DNA of 64,000 nucleotides, from NCBI GenBank assembly GCA_965208805.1, contig OZ242355.1, forward strand, positions 3,744,878-3,808,877, written 5' to 3'. The notes under the pieces are model-generated. The model made no database searches, had not been told where the DNA came from, and saw nothing but the letters and a program-made list of their open reading frames with translations. Origin of the DNA: Acidimicrobiales bacterium. GTDB taxonomy: Bacteria > Actinomycetota > Acidimicrobiia > Acidimicrobiales > Bin134. Below, piece by piece: positions 63,560 through 64,000 of the stretch; the stretch's first letter is position 1, and each line of letters begins with the position of its first letter. A program made the position numbers and the translations under genes.

Positions 63560-64000
63560 ATGATCGCCTTTGCGGTTTTGGCGCTGGTGGCCAGTGTGCT
63601 GGTCTGGGCGGCGCCCAGTTCGCAGGCTCAGGCCAACCAGGCGCCGTTCGCGGATGCGGGTTCTGATCAGACGGTGAACCCAGGTACTTCGGTCACCCTC
63701 ACCGGCGTAGGCAGTATTGATGTAGACGCTGGCTCCACCGGTGACTGCGGTGGCTGCGAGTTCGAGTGGGAGATCGAGACCGGCCCGTACGACTGGATTT
63801 CGATCGGGGAGGACTCCGCCACAGCGACTGACGACACCGCAACAGCCGGTGCCGCGTTCGAGGTGCCGTCGGAGGCTTTTGTCGACAAGGTGGCTGACAG
63901 CGATCCCCAGAAGTATGAGATCGTGGTGCGGTTGACGGTTACCGATGACGACGGCGCCACCGACACTGACACTGTGAGCATCAACATCAACCAGCGCCCG
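63560..64000 (+). CDS. 5' part of a second giant PKD-like secreted protein, a paralog of 56082..59528 that runs off the window
   Basis: 63526-64000 is about 99% identical by eye to 56114-56588. The ATG at 63560 corresponds to 56148. The frame is open to the window end. Confidence 0.75.
   Translation, partial: MIAFAVLALVASVLVWAAPSSQAQANQAPFADAGSDQTVNPGTSVTLTGVGSIDVDAGSTGDCGGCEFEWEIETGPYDWISIGEDSATATDDTATAGAAFEVPSEAFVDKVADSDPQKYEIVVRLTVTDDDGATDTDTVSININQRP

Overview
This is a high-GC chromosomal segment of actinobacterial type. The taxon is an inference from codon style only, and no GC values were computed.

Backbone:
- It is a dense lipid or sterol-like catabolic neighbourhood.
- It holds two AMP-dependent CoA ligases, two acyl-CoA dehydrogenases, two crotonases, three cytochrome P450s with one small ferredoxin, a family III CoA-transferase, an amidohydrolase, two M24-like peptidase-fold proteins, an APH-type phosphotransferase, an alpha/beta hydrolase and two complete Liv-type ABC importers.
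- It also carries a DtxR-family regulator, a PQQ-like beta-propeller lipoprotein and an Lhr helicase.

Accessory patches, all visibly more AT-rich:
1. 3.7-9.6 kb: vapBC, two methyltransferase-like fragments and a 1124-aa NERD-NACHT/STAND NTPase.
2. 33.7-34.2 kb: a small toxin-antitoxin-like ORF pair.
3. 40.4-45.9 kb: a GHKL ATPase paired with an 842-aa protein carrying degenerate PRTase-like motifs, then HicB and an Xre/RES pair.
4. 50.2-51.2 kb: relE/phd inserted into the 3' end of lhr, plus an orphan HicB.
5. 51.3-64 kb: giant secreted PKD-like proteins ending in an unrecognised Cys-rich module, internal duplications, a coiled-coil protein with 33-bp tandem repeats, an RCC1/metzincin reading frame broken by two in-frame TAG codons, and a Fic gene behind twin palindromic operators.

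Best candidates for an undescribed system:
- The GHKL plus PRTase-like two-gene cassette at 40394-44168.
- The NERD-STAND protein at 6167-9541.

Also unusual: three operon junctions carry duplicated stop/start junctions that form relay mini-ORFs.

No rRNA, tRNA, CRISPR array, transposase or integrase was recognised. All functional calls rest on motif recognition by eye, and no database search was run.
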